DNA of 64,000 bases, from assembly GCA_963787125.1 (NCBI GenBank), contig CAWBBV010000004.1, forward strand, positions 1 to 64,000. Reading direction: 5' to 3'. This document shows, one piece after another, positions 28,706-39,480 of this stretch. This stretch comes from an uncultured delta proteobacterium (GTDB taxonomy: Bacteria > Desulfobacterota > Desulfuromonadia > Geobacterales > DSM-12255). Below the pieces are notes generated by a model, which was given only the letters and a program-made list of their open reading frames with translations, did no database searches and was not told where the DNA came from. The position numbers and the translations under genes are program-made. Positions within the stretch are counted from its first letter, which is position 1. Every line of letters begins with the position of its first letter.

Positions 28706-29767
28706 TTACAGCCATTTCTTGCGCCGGAAAAAGAACAGCATCCCCACCGTGACACTTACCATGAGAATCAGCACCGCCGGATAGCCCAAAGGTTGATCCA
28801 GTTCGGGCATATGCTTGAAATTCATCCCGTAAAGCCCGGCTATGAAGGTCAGCGGCATGAAAATGGTGGCGATGATGGTCAGCACTTTCATGATGCCGTT
28901 CATCCGGTAGCTGACGCTGGAGAGATAGATGTCCAGCATGCCGGAGAGCATCTCCCGCAGGGTCTCCACGGTCTCGATGACCTGGATGGTATGGTCGTAC
29001 AGATCGCGCAGATAGATGAGGGTCGGCTCCTGCACCAGCGGCGATTCACGGCGGATCAGGCTGCTCACCACCTCCCGCAGCGGCCAGATCGCCTTCTGGA
29101 TAAAGAGCAGCTCCCGCTTCTGGCGGTAAATCTCGGCCAGTGTCCGCTGGGAGGGGGTTCGCATCAACTCCTCTTCCAGATCTTCGATACTGTCGGCAAC
29201 CTGTTCCAGCACCAGAAAATAGTTGTCCACAATCACGTCCAAAAGCGAGTAGGCGAGGAAATCCGGCCCCTGACTTCTGAGACGCCCCTGGGCATTCTTG
29301 AGCCTCTCCCGGACCGGCCCGAAAGGGTCGCCGTCCAACCCTTCCTGCAGGGTCAGCACCCACTCGGCGCCGAGCAGCAGGCTGACCTGTTCGCTCATCA
29401 CGCCGCCGGCAACAGGGGTGAGCATTTTCAGCACCACAAACAGGTATTGGTCGTACTCCTCCGCCTTGGGGCGCTGCTCGGTGTTGGCAATATCCTCCAG
29501 TACCAGCGGGTGAATCCCGAAGGAGCTTCCCAGTTTTTTGAGGAGCTCCAGCTGGCCGATACCGTCAACATTGACCCAGGTTACCGCTGATGCAACCGGT
29601 TTGAGCGTGAATTCTCCTGCCGGATCGGGCAGTTCAACACTGAGCCCTTGCCGATCATAAGTGATGACTTCGACCGTGGGATCAGCCTGCCTGATCTCGC
29701 CGATATGGACCATACTTCCCGGCGACATGCCGGCTTTGTGCGAACGTTTTTTCAATAGTTTCCGCAT
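28706..29767 (-). CDS. corA: magnesium/cobalt transporter
   Basis: IHPLVLEDI, QRPKAEEY, YGMNF..MPEL. Confidence 0.95.
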   Translation of the reverse strand: MRKLLKKRSHKAGMSPGSMVHIGEIRQADPTVEVITYDRQGLSVELPDPAGEFTLKPVASAVTWVNVDGIGQLELLKKLGSSFGIHPLVLEDIANTEQRPKAEEYDQYLFVVLKMLTPVAGGVMSEQVSLLLGAEWVLTLQEGLDGDPFGPVRERLKNAQGRLRSQGPDFLAYSLLDVIVDNYFLVLEQVADSIEDLEEELMRTPSQRTLAEIYRQKRELLFIQKAIWPLREVVSSLIRRESPLVQEPTLIYLRDLYDHTIQVIETVETLREMLSGMLDIYLSSVSYRMNGIMKVLTIIATIFMPLTFIAGLYGMNFKHMPELDQPLGYPAVLILMVSVTVGMLFFFRRKKWL

Positions 29768-29799
29768 TATGTTGCTCCTAACCCGGACAAGCCGGAACT

Positions 29800-29930
29800 A
29801 AAATCTGTTTCACACGGGGGCACGAAGACACGGGGAAAGGCAAAAGCATAAATCTTTTTTGGGAGGAGCTAAAGTGCCTTCAAGCCTGGTTTTCTCCGTG
29901 TCCTCTGCGCCTCCGTGAGAGCAAGATTTT
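29800..29930. repeat. intergenic inverted-repeat element with ~9-nt periodic arms
   Basis: CACGGGGGCACGAAGACACGGGGAAA ... TTTCTCCGTGTCCTCTGCGCCTCCGTG, flanked by AAAATCT/AGATTTT. Confidence 0.7.
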
Positions 29931-29957
29931 TTGACTTCATTTGTTGGTTGCTAATTA

Positions 29958-32699
29958 TTAATGGGCTTCACTCCAGTTAAGCCCGTAGCTGATATCCACC
30001 TTCAGCGGCACCGAAAACTTCACCGCGCTCTCCATTTCATGGGCCACAAGCCGTTCCATCTGGATAAGCTCGGCATCCGGGATTTCAAAGACCAGCTCAT
30101 CATGGACCTGCATAATCAGCCGACTCTTGAGCTGCTCCTTTTTCAGGCGCTTATCGATCCTGACCATCGCCTGCTTGATGATGTCGGCGGCTGAGCCCTG
30201 AATCGGATAGTTGATGGCGTTGCGCTCGGCATAACCTTTCGCATTGAAATTGCTGCTGGAGATATCGGCAATCGGCAGCCGCCGCCCGAGGATTGTTGTC
30301 ACAAAACCGTGCTCTCTGGCGGCGCATATGCAGCTCTCCAGAAAGGCCATGGCGCCTGAGTGCCGCGCCTTGTAGCTGTCGATGAACTCCTCAGCCACCT
30401 TGCGGGAAACACCCAGCTGTTTTGCCAGGCTGAAAGCGCTCTGGCCGTAGATGACGCCGAAGTTTACCGTTTTTGCCTGCCGCCGCATCTCCGGGGTTAC
30501 CATCTCCGGAAAGAGACCGAAGACCTCGCTGGCGGTGCGGGTATGAATATCCTGATCCTTGGAAAAGGCGTCGCAGAGCACCTGATCGCCGGAGAGATGG
30601 GCCAGCACCCGCAGCTCGATTTGGGAATAGTCGGCCGAGAGGAGTTTGTGGCCATCTTTGGCGATAAAGGCGCGGCGCAGCTTTCGCCCTTCTTCGGTGC
30701 GGATCGGGATGTTCTGCAGGTTCGGATCGGATGAAGAGAGCCGCCCGGTGTTGGTCACTGCCTGATTATAGGAGGTGTGCACCCGCCCGGTGAGCGGGTC
30801 TGCCAGCTTCGGCAACGCATCGGTATAGGTTGACTTCAGTTTCGTCAGACCACGGTAGGTGACCAGCAGGGCGGCGATCTCATAACCAGCCTCTGCCAGC
30901 CTTTCCAGCTCATCCACATTGGTTGACCAACCGCTCTTGGTCTTGGTCTTCTTGCCGGTGGGGAGCTTCATTTTGTCGAAAAGGATCTCCCCCAGCTGCT
31001 TCGGCGAGTTGATGTTGAACGGCTCCGGCGCAAGGCCGCAGATAGCGGCTTCCAGGGTGGCCATCTCCTTGCCGAACCGTTCCGACAGCTCCGCCAGCAG
31101 TGGCAGATCCAGCTTTACTCCGGCCAGCTCCATCTCCGCCAGGATTGGAACCAGCGGCATCTCTACATCATGAAACAGCCGCTCCATCCCCTCGGCAACA
31201 ACTTTCGGCAGCAGCAGCCGCTGAAGAAGCAGGGTGGCGTCCGCATCTTCGCAGGAGTAGCGACAGGCGGTGTCGATATCGACCCGGGCAAAGCCGATCT
31301 GCTCCTTCCCTTTGCCGGTCAGCTCAGTGTAGCTGATCATTTTGTGATCGAGCAGCTCCACGGCCAGGGAGTCGAGCCCCTGGCTCTGGCGTGCCGGGTT
31401 ATGCAGGTAGGCCGCCAGCATGGTGTCGCACCAGATTCCGGCAATCGTCACGTCATAGCGGCGCAGCACCTGATAGTCGTACTTGATATTCTGGCCGATC
31501 ACCTTGCGGGACGGGTCTTCCAGAAGCGGTTTCAGGGCAGCCAGCACCGTGGCCAGCGGCAGCTGCTCCGGCGCCAGCTCCGGTGCAACTCGCTGGTCAA
31601 AGAGCCCCCCCGCCACAGTCGGACATGAATCCTGCTGTCCACAAGTCACATGCCCAACCGGAATATAAAAAGCTTCGTGCTCCCGGAAAGCCAGGGAGAT
31701 ACCGACAATTTCAGCTTCCCGCACGTTCAGGCTGGTCGTCTCCAGATCGATGGCAAAGGAGTCGGCAGCTGTCAGCTCTTGAAGAAGGGTGGCTAAGTCA
31801 GCTTCGCTCCGCACAGCCCGGTACTGCTCAGCGGTCAGAGTGGACTGGCTGGTCAGCTCCTTCATCAGGGTGGTGAAGCCGTAGGTTTTGAACAGCTCCG
31901 CCAGCCGGGCGTTATCAGGAGAAGACGCAAGGAAATCGTCAAACCTGTAGTCTATGGGCACCTGGTCGTCGATGGTTGCCAGGCGGCGCGAGAGTCTTGC
32001 CTGTTCGGCAAACTCCCGGAGGCGCTCTCCGGTTTTGCCTTTGACTTCCGCAGCCCTCTCCAGAAGCACATCAAGAGAACCGAACTCCTGAATCAGCTTG
32101 ATGGCGGTCTTTTCGCCGATCCCCGGCACACCGGGGATGTTATCGGAGCTGTCTCCGGCCAGGCCGAGGATGTCGATCACTTTTGCCGGCACCACCCCGA
32201 AACGCTCCAGTACCTCCGCAACGCCGCTCTCTTTCTCCTTCATGGTGTCAAGGAGCCGGACCTGCTCGCCGACAATCTGCATCAGATCCTTGTCGCCGGT
32301 AACGACCACCGTCCGCAGGCCCCGCTCCCGGCAATCACGGGCAATGGTGCCGATAATGTCGTCCGCTTCAAAACCGGTCAGCTCCAGCGCCGGGATATTG
32401 AACGCCCGTACCATCTCCTTGATCGGCTCCAACTGCTGGCGCAGGTCATCCGGCATAGCGGCCCGGTTAGCCTTGTAGTCCGGATAAAGTTCCGTCCTGA
32501 AAGTTATCCGCCCGGCATCGAAGATCACGGCAACATGATCGGGCCGACGATCCTTCAATACCTTTAGGAGCATCTGGGTAAAACCGTAAAGTGCATTGGT
32601 CGGAAAGCCGTTCGGTGAAGAGAGATGGCGGATGGCAAAGTAGGCGCGGTAGATGTAGGAGGAGCCGTCAATCAGGTAGAGGGTGGCAGTGTTGTTCAT
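29958..32699 (-). CDS. polA: DNA polymerase I
   Basis: LIDGSSYIYRAYFA, DLETTS, SADYSQIELR, RQAKTVNFGVIYG, QVHDEL. Confidence 0.97.
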   Translation of the reverse strand: MNNTATLYLIDGSSYIYRAYFAIRHLSSPNGFPTNALYGFTQMLLKVLKDRRPDHVAVIFDAGRITFRTELYPDYKANRAAMPDDLRQQLEPIKEMVRAFNIPALELTGFEADDIIGTIARDCRERGLRTVVVTGDKDLMQIVGEQVRLLDTMKEKESGVAEVLERFGVVPAKVIDILGLAGDSSDNIPGVPGIGEKTAIKLIQEFGSLDVLLERAAEVKGKTGERLREFAEQARLSRRLATIDDQVPIDYRFDDFLASSPDNARLAELFKTYGFTTLMKELTSQSTLTAEQYRAVRSEADLATLLQELTAADSFAIDLETTSLNVREAEIVGISLAFREHEAFYIPVGHVTCGQQDSCPTVAGGLFDQRVAPELAPEQLPLATVLAALKPLLEDPSRKVIGQNIKYDYQVLRRYDVTIAGIWCDTMLAAYLHNPARQSQGLDSLAVELLDHKMISYTELTGKGKEQIGFARVDIDTACRYSCEDADATLLLQRLLLPKVVAEGMERLFHDVEMPLVPILAEMELAGVKLDLPLLAELSERFGKEMATLEAAICGLAPEPFNINSPKQLGEILFDKMKLPTGKKTKTKSGWSTNVDELERLAEAGYEIAALLVTYRGLTKLKSTYTDALPKLADPLTGRVHTSYNQAVTNTGRLSSSDPNLQNIPIRTEEGRKLRRAFIAKDGHKLLSADYSQIELRVLAHLSGDQVLCDAFSKDQDIHTRTASEVFGLFPEMVTPEMRRQAKTVNFGVIYGQSAFSLAKQLGVSRKVAEEFIDSYKARHSGAMAFLESCICAAREHGFVTTILGRRLPIADISSSNFNAKGYAERNAINYPIQGSAADIIKQAMVRIDKRLKKEQLKSRLIMQVHDELVFEIPDAELIQMERLVAHEMESAVKFSVPLKVDISYGLNWSEAH

Positions 32700-32728
32700 T
32701 ATATCCCCGTGTGCAAAAATAGTTTGTG

Positions 32729-33640
32729 TCATGCAAGCAGGCTCCCCTGCCGTGTCCCGCGCCGCTCAAGTTCATCATCGATGGCGTTTAGTGTTTCGAA
32801 TTTCGCTGCAGACCAGAGCGGCGCAATCAGATCCTTGCCGCCGTCACCGGTCATCCGCTGGATAAAAACAGCCGGCCCCAGCCGCTCCAGGAAATCACAG
32901 ACCAGACCGACGTATTCGGACTTCTCCAGGAGCTGAATCTCACCCCGTTCATACATCCCCGCCAACCGGGTTTCCCTGCTCACATGGAGCAGATGGATCT
33001 TGACAGCATCAATTCCCAGATCATTGAGAATTGCCGCTGTGGCCAGCATCTCCGTTCGGCTTTCACCAGGCAGACCAAGAATAACATGAACGCAGAGACG
33101 AATGCCGAGCGCCTTGGCTGCCCGGGCTGCGGCCATGAAAGCGGCGTTATCGTGACCGCGTCCGATTTTTTTCAAGGTCCTGTCGATTGGTGACTGCATT
33201 CCCAGTTCAAGCCAGAAATATGTCTGGCGGTTATACGCAGCCAGCAGGTCAAGGGTCTCCGGCGGCAGGCAGTCTGGACGGGTACCGACAATAAGACCGA
33301 CAACATCCGCTACCGCCAGCGCTTCATCATAACTGCTCTTGAGCTGCTCCGGCGGAGCATAGGTGTTGGAGTAGGGCTGGAAGTAGGCGAGAAACTTCTG
33401 CGCCTTGTATTTGCGAGTCATCACCTCTTTGCCATGCTCAAGCTGGGCGGCGATGCTCATCTCGCGGGCAATGCCGAATGATCCTGACCCGCGGTCGCTG
33501 CAGAAAATGCAGCCACCGACCCCGACGGTGCCGTCACGGTTCGGACAGGTAAAGCCCGCATCAATGGAAATCCTCTGGACACGACAGCCAAACTGCTTTT
33601 TCAGCTCTTCAGAAAAGGGGTGGTAGCGTTTCTCGTTCAT
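32729..33640 (-). CDS. TIGR01212 (YhcC-like) radical SAM protein
   Basis: GFTCPNRDG..G.GGCIFC, GTRPDCL, HVILGLPGE. Confidence 0.92.
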   Translation of the reverse strand: MNEKRYHPFSEELKKQFGCRVQRISIDAGFTCPNRDGTVGVGGCIFCSDRGSGSFGIAREMSIAAQLEHGKEVMTRKYKAQKFLAYFQPYSNTYAPPEQLKSSYDEALAVADVVGLIVGTRPDCLPPETLDLLAAYNRQTYFWLELGMQSPIDRTLKKIGRGHDNAAFMAAARAAKALGIRLCVHVILGLPGESRTEMLATAAILNDLGIDAVKIHLLHVSRETRLAGMYERGEIQLLEKSEYVGLVCDFLERLGPAVFIQRMTGDGGKDLIAPLWSAAKFETLNAIDDELERRGTRQGSLLA

Positions 33641-33817
33641 GTAAGCGGATGATACCTGATTCTGCCATGAGGAGCAACAGAACTGCTTCAAGGTGAATGA
33701 GCACGCCCGTTGGAATTAAATACACTTTATCTGTCTATTATTACTAGACAAAACCCGCCGTGGCTAGCTATGCTACTACTCATAATCGCCTCATTCACGT
33801 TCAAGAAAGAAAAGTTT

Positions 33818-34984
33818 ATGACTGTCAAAAAAAGAGTTCTTATCCCGCTCATCTGCATCACAGCTATCGCTGCTGTTGCCCTGTTCAACACTTACGTCAC
33901 TATCCACCTGGGTGGCCACTTCGAAGGATTTTACCTCCTGAAGGACACACCCAGCGGCAAATATGAGTTTACGGATCACCTTTTTGTCGGTCGTGAAAAG
34001 CAGATAATCTATACGCTCGATCTTAACAACAGCTACTTCAGAATTGCCCGCGGCTTATTCCACCAGCACAATGAAAATAGTAATCATCTCCATTGCGAAT
34101 GGAACCCCAAAGATGGCAACGGCATGGTCAGCAGCTACTTTGCAGACGGCACAGCCCTGGTAACCTATCTGGGCAGGTACCTTGACGATGCAAGAGAAGT
34201 CCATGGTCTTTTTGTCGGGGGAGGGCTGCCTGAAACGGTTGCAAGCAATACTAACTACAACATGAACAACTCCGGCATGACCTACTTCGACGGGAAAAGA
34301 TGGTACCACATCTGGTGCAGCGTTAATGAGGGGATCGGTTCAGAACTGACCGGCATTAGTATCACCCCCGCAGCATGGGAATTCCTCGGTAGCAGGGTTG
34401 AGCGCAGAAGTAGCGACAATGTCATCTTGACAAGCAGTCATAAAACCGTCGTAAATGAGATTCCGGTCCGGATCGACCGAAAAATGAACTTCACTGCCGG
34501 ACAGACATATTTCAACCTGGCGATTACCATAACCAATATCGGCACGGCTCCGCTTGAGTACAGCTACCTTTATGGCGATGAGCCGTGGGTAGGCTATTAT
34601 GGCACCTCTCTGGGGGATGTGGGTTGGGTTAAAGACAGAATTGTCAGCTATGAGGAGATGATAGATACAACCAAGTATTCATTCGTGGGGATGGCTGATA
34701 TCGGCAACAGGGTCATTGGTGAACAGCCGGTCTATACAAATCTTGCCAATTTTATCGAGTGGTTTGGTCCGGAGCGCCCAACTGATGCCTACTTTACCAA
34801 CAATCTTAACCAACTGCCAGAAACCGGCAAAGTCCCTCTTGACAGCAACGAGCGGTTTGTCGGTGTTCATTGGGAACGGATACTGGCGCCTTTGGAGTCG
34901 GCAACCATAAGACTGGCAATCGGCATGGCGGTAATGAACCCGCAAACCGGTATTCCTGAAAAGCCGGCTACCGTCTGGCAATGA
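33818..34984 (+). CDS. membrane-anchored hypothetical protein
   Basis: Long ORF with an N-terminal hydrophobic anchor and beta-rich composition; family not recognised. Confidence 0.75.
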   Translation: MTVKKRVLIPLICITAIAAVALFNTYVTIHLGGHFEGFYLLKDTPSGKYEFTDHLFVGREKQIIYTLDLNNSYFRIARGLFHQHNENSNHLHCEWNPKDGNGMVSSYFADGTALVTYLGRYLDDAREVHGLFVGGGLPETVASNTNYNMNNSGMTYFDGKRWYHIWCSVNEGIGSELTGISITPAAWEFLGSRVERRSSDNVILTSSHKTVVNEIPVRIDRKMNFTAGQTYFNLAITITNIGTAPLEYSYLYGDEPWVGYYGTSLGDVGWVKDRIVSYEEMIDTTKYSFVGMADIGNRVIGEQPVYTNLANFIEWFGPERPTDAYFTNNLNQLPETGKVPLDSNERFVGVHWERILAPLESATIRLAIGMAVMNPQTGIPEKPATVWQ

Positions 34985-35004
34985 TCACCACTGTCCCCGC
35001 GCCT

Positions 35005-36021
35005 CTAATCCGCCGAGAAAACAATGACCCGGTTCCTTCCCAGCTCTTTTGAGGAATAGAGGGCAGTGTCGGCCATATCAAGGAGTTTCTGCGGGGAATC
35101 AGGTTTATGCGCTGTTAAAGTCGCCACGCCGATACTGGCGGTGATACTGACCTTCTCCTGACCGCTTTTAAAGCTGTGCAACTCAATCGTTCGCCGGATA
35201 TTTTCAGCAATCAGCTGTGCCCCCGCAATATCGGTGACCGGAAGCAGCACGGCAAACTCTTCGCCCCCATAGCGGCTGACAACATCCGTCTTCCTGACAC
35301 ACTTCTGAATAATTTTCCCGATACCTTTCAACACAGTGTCGCCAAAAAGGTGACCGTAGACATCGTTTACTTTTTTGAACAGATCCAGATCCATCAGCAG
35401 TAGCGCCAGATCGTTGCCATGCCTTTCTGCCAGCAGATAATCGCGCCGCATGACCGACCAGAAATGACGGTGATTATGCAGTCCGGTGAGACCATCCCGG
35501 ATAGAGCGCTCCTTGAGCATGACGTTAAGTTTTTTAAGCTCATTCTCGGCCTTTTTTCTGACCTCCATTTCATCAAGAAGCTTGCGGTGCTCAAGGTTGT
35601 AGCAGTTGATCGCCTCTGTCAGGCTCGTTACATCCTGAATTGAAAAAAGAGCGTGAATCTCTCCCGGGACTTCCGAGGGGACACCGGTTATCAGGGTATA
35701 CTGAACCCTCAGTTTACCTGCCGGCAGCGGTGCCGGGATAAAGTGCTTATGCAGCTGGGAAGAAAAAACCGTCGGAGCGCCTCCGGAAAAAATAGGAGTA
35801 ATCCGGTTGCGGTATTTGGGCGCATCAAGATGGGGGAAATGGTGACAGATATCCGTATTGAGCAGGTTTTCTCTTTTGAGGAGCGTCCACTCCTCCAAAC
35901 AGCGGTTCCAGAAGATAATTCTGAAATCTTTGGAGAGGATGAACACCCCGGTCGGGATATGGTCGAAGAGGCTGTAATCGGCACAGCTTGGGTGGAGCGA
36001 AGCTGGATGACTGCTATTCAT
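35005..36021 (-). CDS. PAS-GGDEF diguanylate cyclase
   Basis: DGLTGLHN, DLDLFKKVND, RKTD I-site, RYGGEEF. Confidence 0.92.
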   Translation of the reverse strand: MNSSHPASLHPSCADYSLFDHIPTGVFILSKDFRIIFWNRCLEEWTLLKRENLLNTDICHHFPHLDAPKYRNRITPIFSGGAPTVFSSQLHKHFIPAPLPAGKLRVQYTLITGVPSEVPGEIHALFSIQDVTSLTEAINCYNLEHRKLLDEMEVRKKAENELKKLNVMLKERSIRDGLTGLHNHRHFWSVMRRDYLLAERHGNDLALLLMDLDLFKKVNDVYGHLFGDTVLKGIGKIIQKCVRKTDVVSRYGGEEFAVLLPVTDIAGAQLIAENIRRTIELHSFKSGQEKVSITASIGVATLTAHKPDSPQKLLDMADTALYSSKELGRNRVIVFSAD

Positions 36022-36607
36022 ACATAAGGTCTATGGCCAGAAGAAGCGCATCAAAAGAGGCGGTTTCGAACACAAGGAAGATATTCCCCTCAATATGTTT
36101 TTCCTGAACTATAAAATGGGTATTTACCAGCAGAATGGAGTGCTGATTGGAACTGGTTTCAATATGGAGAAGATCTCTCAGGGTTCCATGAAGATAGTTT
36201 GGAATCGAAAAATCAAACGGTCTTTGCAGAATATTGCCAATAGTTCCGATAACGCTGTTGATAACAATGTTGCCGACTTCGTTCAAGGTTCCGGCCATTA
36301 AACCGTCAAGACCGGGATTATCAGGTTCTTCATGAGTAAGCGCAGCGACAAGTTTGACAGCGCTTGCGGGCGGAAACACCAGGGCGGCCATGCCTGAAAA
36401 CGAACTTTTAAAACCGAGCTGCACACAGGAGAAGCTATCGTCAGCAGTCCCGGCAACAATTTTCAGCTCATCATAATCAATAAGTCTCACTTCCGGCACT
36501 TCAAGCAGAATAGGCGAATCAAGCATGTCGTTGAGAGACGAAGCTGCCCTGCCAACGCCGATATTGACGATCTCTTTCAGGGCATCAAGCTGCATAGGGG
36601 TCATCAT
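36014..36607 (-). CDS. CheC family phosphatase
   Basis: DALKEIVNIGVGRAA and LNEVGNI (two ExxN motifs). Confidence 0.88.
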   Translation of the reverse strand: MMTPMQLDALKEIVNIGVGRAASSLNDMLDSPILLEVPEVRLIDYDELKIVAGTADDSFSCVQLGFKSSFSGMAALVFPPASAVKLVAALTHEEPDNPGLDGLMAGTLNEVGNIVINSVIGTIGNILQRPFDFSIPNYLHGTLRDLLHIETSSNQHSILLVNTHFIVQEKHIEGNIFLVFETASFDALLLAIDLMYE

Positions 36608-36609
36608 CG

Positions 36610-36978
36610 CTACTCCTTGTCAGGATTCAAGCACCGGTCAATTGCCACAAGAAGCTCCATTTTCTTCGGTGGCTTGGAGATAAATCCAGCGACCCCCATA
36701 TCAAGGCAGGTTTTTTTGCGACTCTCCTGAATATCTGCCGTAAGAACGAAAATCGGCGTAACTTCTCCGGCGGCCTTCAGCTCGGTAATAAACTCGATAC
36801 CATCCATATTCGGCATCAAAAGGTCGGTGAGGATACAGTCCGGAGTGAAGGCACGGAGTTTTTCGAGACCATCACGCCCGTCTATCGCCTCAAGAACTTC
36901 ATACCCGGCTTCAACCAGAAAATGGCAGATAGTTTTGCGCTGGAAAAGTGAATCGTCGACGACCAGAATTTTCTGCAT
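36610..36978 (-). CDS. single-domain response regulator
   Basis: LVVDD, TDLLMP, TAD, SKP. Confidence 0.9.
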   Translation of the reverse strand: MQKILVVDDSLFQRKTICHFLVEAGYEVLEAIDGRDGLEKLRAFTPDCILTDLLMPNMDGIEFITELKAAGEVTPIFVLTADIQESRKKTCLDMGVAGFISKPPKKMELLVAIDRCLNPDKE

Positions 36979-37159
36979 TATCCCTCCAACCCGGAAGTTC
37001 ATAAAACATCATTTTAAGTTCGCATTATAGCCACGATTAGCCCGCTTTATCAAGCAAAGATTTAAAATTGCTCACTGGAGGCGACATGAATCGCGGTTTA
37101 TTTTTTTCAGAGGGTATGGTATTAATTTATAAAATAAAACATGTGGGAGAGTGTGGTAA

Positions 37160-38263
37160 ATGAACCGTACTTATGATGTTCTGATAATCGGCGGCGGCCC
37201 TGCGGGGCTCTCAACCGCTTTCATCTGCCATAAACAGGGGCTGTCATATCTTGTTCTTGAATCAGGGAAATCCGTGTTCCAGGGGATTGCCAACACTTAT
37301 CCCCAGGGAAAGCTGGTATACCCCTCAAAACCGAAGGATGCGCCGGAACCTTTTCTGGTTGAAGAACTCCGCCCGCCGGACAAGCCGGTGACAGTGGAGA
37401 GCTACCTCCAGTACGTGCAGCATTTTGTCCAGCATGAAAACCTGAATGTCCAGACTGAAGTAGCTTTCGAAGATGTTCGTGACGATCGTGACGGTCTGAC
37501 GGTTATCACCTCCAAGGGGAATTTCAAGGGCAAGAAGGTCGTTCTCTCTTTTGGCAGCAACATCCCCCGGGAACTCTCTGTTTACGGTGATGCCAAAATG
37601 GTCGCCAAGAACGTTGATGACCCGTCCAAGTACATCGGTGTCAAAACTCTGGTTATCGGCGGCGGCAACACTGCTGCCGATGTTGTCATTACCATTTTGA
37701 AGACCAAGCGGGAAGCCAACGATGATCAGCCGGTGTACTGGGCACACATCTCGGAAAAGTTCGATGTCAACAAGGAGACTGCCCAGAGACTGGGAGAAGA
37801 GATCCTCCTTGGCGGCAACATCAGGCTCCTCCCGGGGGCAACCCCGCGAATAGGCGAGGTTGACGATGAAGGGGTTGACCGCCTGGTAATCCGGATCAAC
37901 GAATTCAAGCAGTCCGACGGGATTGACCTTTACCACGCCATGAGTTTTCCCATGCAGAACGTCATCGCCTGCATCGGTTCACAGGGACCGGTACCGATTT
38001 TCGACAAGCTTGGCATCCAGACCATCGCCTGCACCTCCGGAGTCTGTAAAATCGCCAAAGAAGGGGATCGGCTGGTGCTCCTCACCGCTGAATTCGAATC
38101 AACCCGTAAAGGTGTCTACGTCATCGGCGGGGCGATCTCGCCGTCATTCATGAAAATTGCGGCCGGAAGTATTCAGGAAGAAAAACACCCGAACCTGATC
38201 TACACCGCTGTCAATGATGCTTCCCATGTTGTTGAAGCGGTCAAGAAGAGCCTCGGGAAATGA
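37160..38263 (+). CDS. FAD/NAD(P)-dependent oxidoreductase (TrxB/YpdA-like)
   Basis: IIGGGPAGL and VIGGGNTAAD Rossmann motifs. Confidence 0.85.
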   Translation: MNRTYDVLIIGGGPAGLSTAFICHKQGLSYLVLESGKSVFQGIANTYPQGKLVYPSKPKDAPEPFLVEELRPPDKPVTVESYLQYVQHFVQHENLNVQTEVAFEDVRDDRDGLTVITSKGNFKGKKVVLSFGSNIPRELSVYGDAKMVAKNVDDPSKYIGVKTLVIGGGNTAADVVITILKTKREANDDQPVYWAHISEKFDVNKETAQRLGEEILLGGNIRLLPGATPRIGEVDDEGVDRLVIRINEFKQSDGIDLYHAMSFPMQNVIACIGSQGPVPIFDKLGIQTIACTSGVCKIAKEGDRLVLLTAEFESTRKGVYVIGGAISPSFMKIAAGSIQEEKHPNLIYTAVNDASHVVEAVKKSLGK

Positions 38264-39429
38264 ACTATGCAGTATCCCCGCTGATTGGGCGGGTCCATTT
38301 CCCGCCGATCTCCGAAGTCCGCCAGTGGGCTGCCGAGTATCAGCGCGGCGGCGAACTCCCGCTGATAGACCTCTGTCAGGCGGTTCCGGACTACCCCCCG
38401 GCAAAGGAGCTGACCGACTACATGGCAACGCTCCTTGCCGACCCGCTGACCTCCCGCTATACCCCTGATGAAGGGCTTACCCCCGTGCGGGAAGCTCTGG
38501 CGGCCCGTTACCGCAGGATCTACGGCGCAGTGCTGACGCCTGAAAACATCTGCCTGACAATCGGCGCCAGTCAGGCTTTCTGGCTTGCAATGGTGACGCT
38601 TTGTCAGGCGGGTGACGAAGTGATCGTCCAGACCCCTTACTACTTCGATCACGACATGGGCCTGGCAATGCTCGGTATCAACCGGGTCTACGCTCCGTTT
38701 AATACCGACAACGGCGGACTCCCTTCTGTTGAAAAAATCGCCGGGCTGATTACTCCGAAAACCAGGGCGATCCTGCTGGTGTCACCGAGCAATCCGACCG
38801 GCACGGTTACCCCGCCGGAGCTCCTGGCTGAGCTGTACCTGCTGGCTGCTGATCACGGCATTGCCCTGGTTGTTGATGAAACCTACGCTGACTTCATCAT
38901 TGCCGACTCCGCCCCCCATCAGCTCTTCGCAAATCCCGGCTGGAGCGACCACTTGATTCAGATCATGTCTTTCGGCAAGACCTACTCTCTTACCGGCTAC
39001 AGAGCCGGACTGCTCCTGGCGTCGGGAAAACTGATCCATCATGCCCTCAAGGCTCAGGACACCATGGCGGTCTGTCAGCCGCGCCTGACCCAGATGGCGC
39101 TCGCCTTTGCAGCCGACAATCTCGACCCCTGGGTACGGGCAAATGCCGGGATGATGGCAAAACGGCATGAACGGTTCTGCGCCGAGTTTGAGAAACCTGG
39201 CAACCGCTTCGAGCTGGTTGCCAGCGGTTCGTTTTTCGGCTGGATTCGCCACCCCTTCCCCGGTCTGACCGGTCGCCAGGCGGCAAAAAAACTTATTGAT
39301 GAAACCGGCCTCCTGACCCTGCCGGGAGAAGTCTTCGGGCCTGGTTTTGACAATTATCTTCGCCTGGCACTGGGAAACGTCGGCGAGGAGAAAATCGTCG
39401 AAGCCGTCGGCAGGATGCGTGGTTTATAA
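38260..39429 (+). CDS. PLP-dependent aminotransferase class I/II
   Basis: SPSNPTG, VDETY, SFGKTYSLTGYRAG. Confidence 0.9.
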   Translation: MNYAVSPLIGRVHFPPISEVRQWAAEYQRGGELPLIDLCQAVPDYPPAKELTDYMATLLADPLTSRYTPDEGLTPVREALAARYRRIYGAVLTPENICLTIGASQAFWLAMVTLCQAGDEVIVQTPYYFDHDMGLAMLGINRVYAPFNTDNGGLPSVEKIAGLITPKTRAILLVSPSNPTGTVTPPELLAELYLLAADHGIALVVDETYADFIIADSAPHQLFANPGWSDHLIQIMSFGKTYSLTGYRAGLLLASGKLIHHALKAQDTMAVCQPRLTQMALAFAADNLDPWVRANAGMMAKRHERFCAEFEKPGNRFELVASGSFFGWIRHPFPGLTGRQAAKKLIDETGLLTLPGEVFGPGFDNYLRLALGNVGEEKIVEAVGRMRGL

Positions 39430-39480
39430 CAAAACCCGATCAACAGGATAAGCGCGTTAGCTAAATTACCAAGGAGCTGC

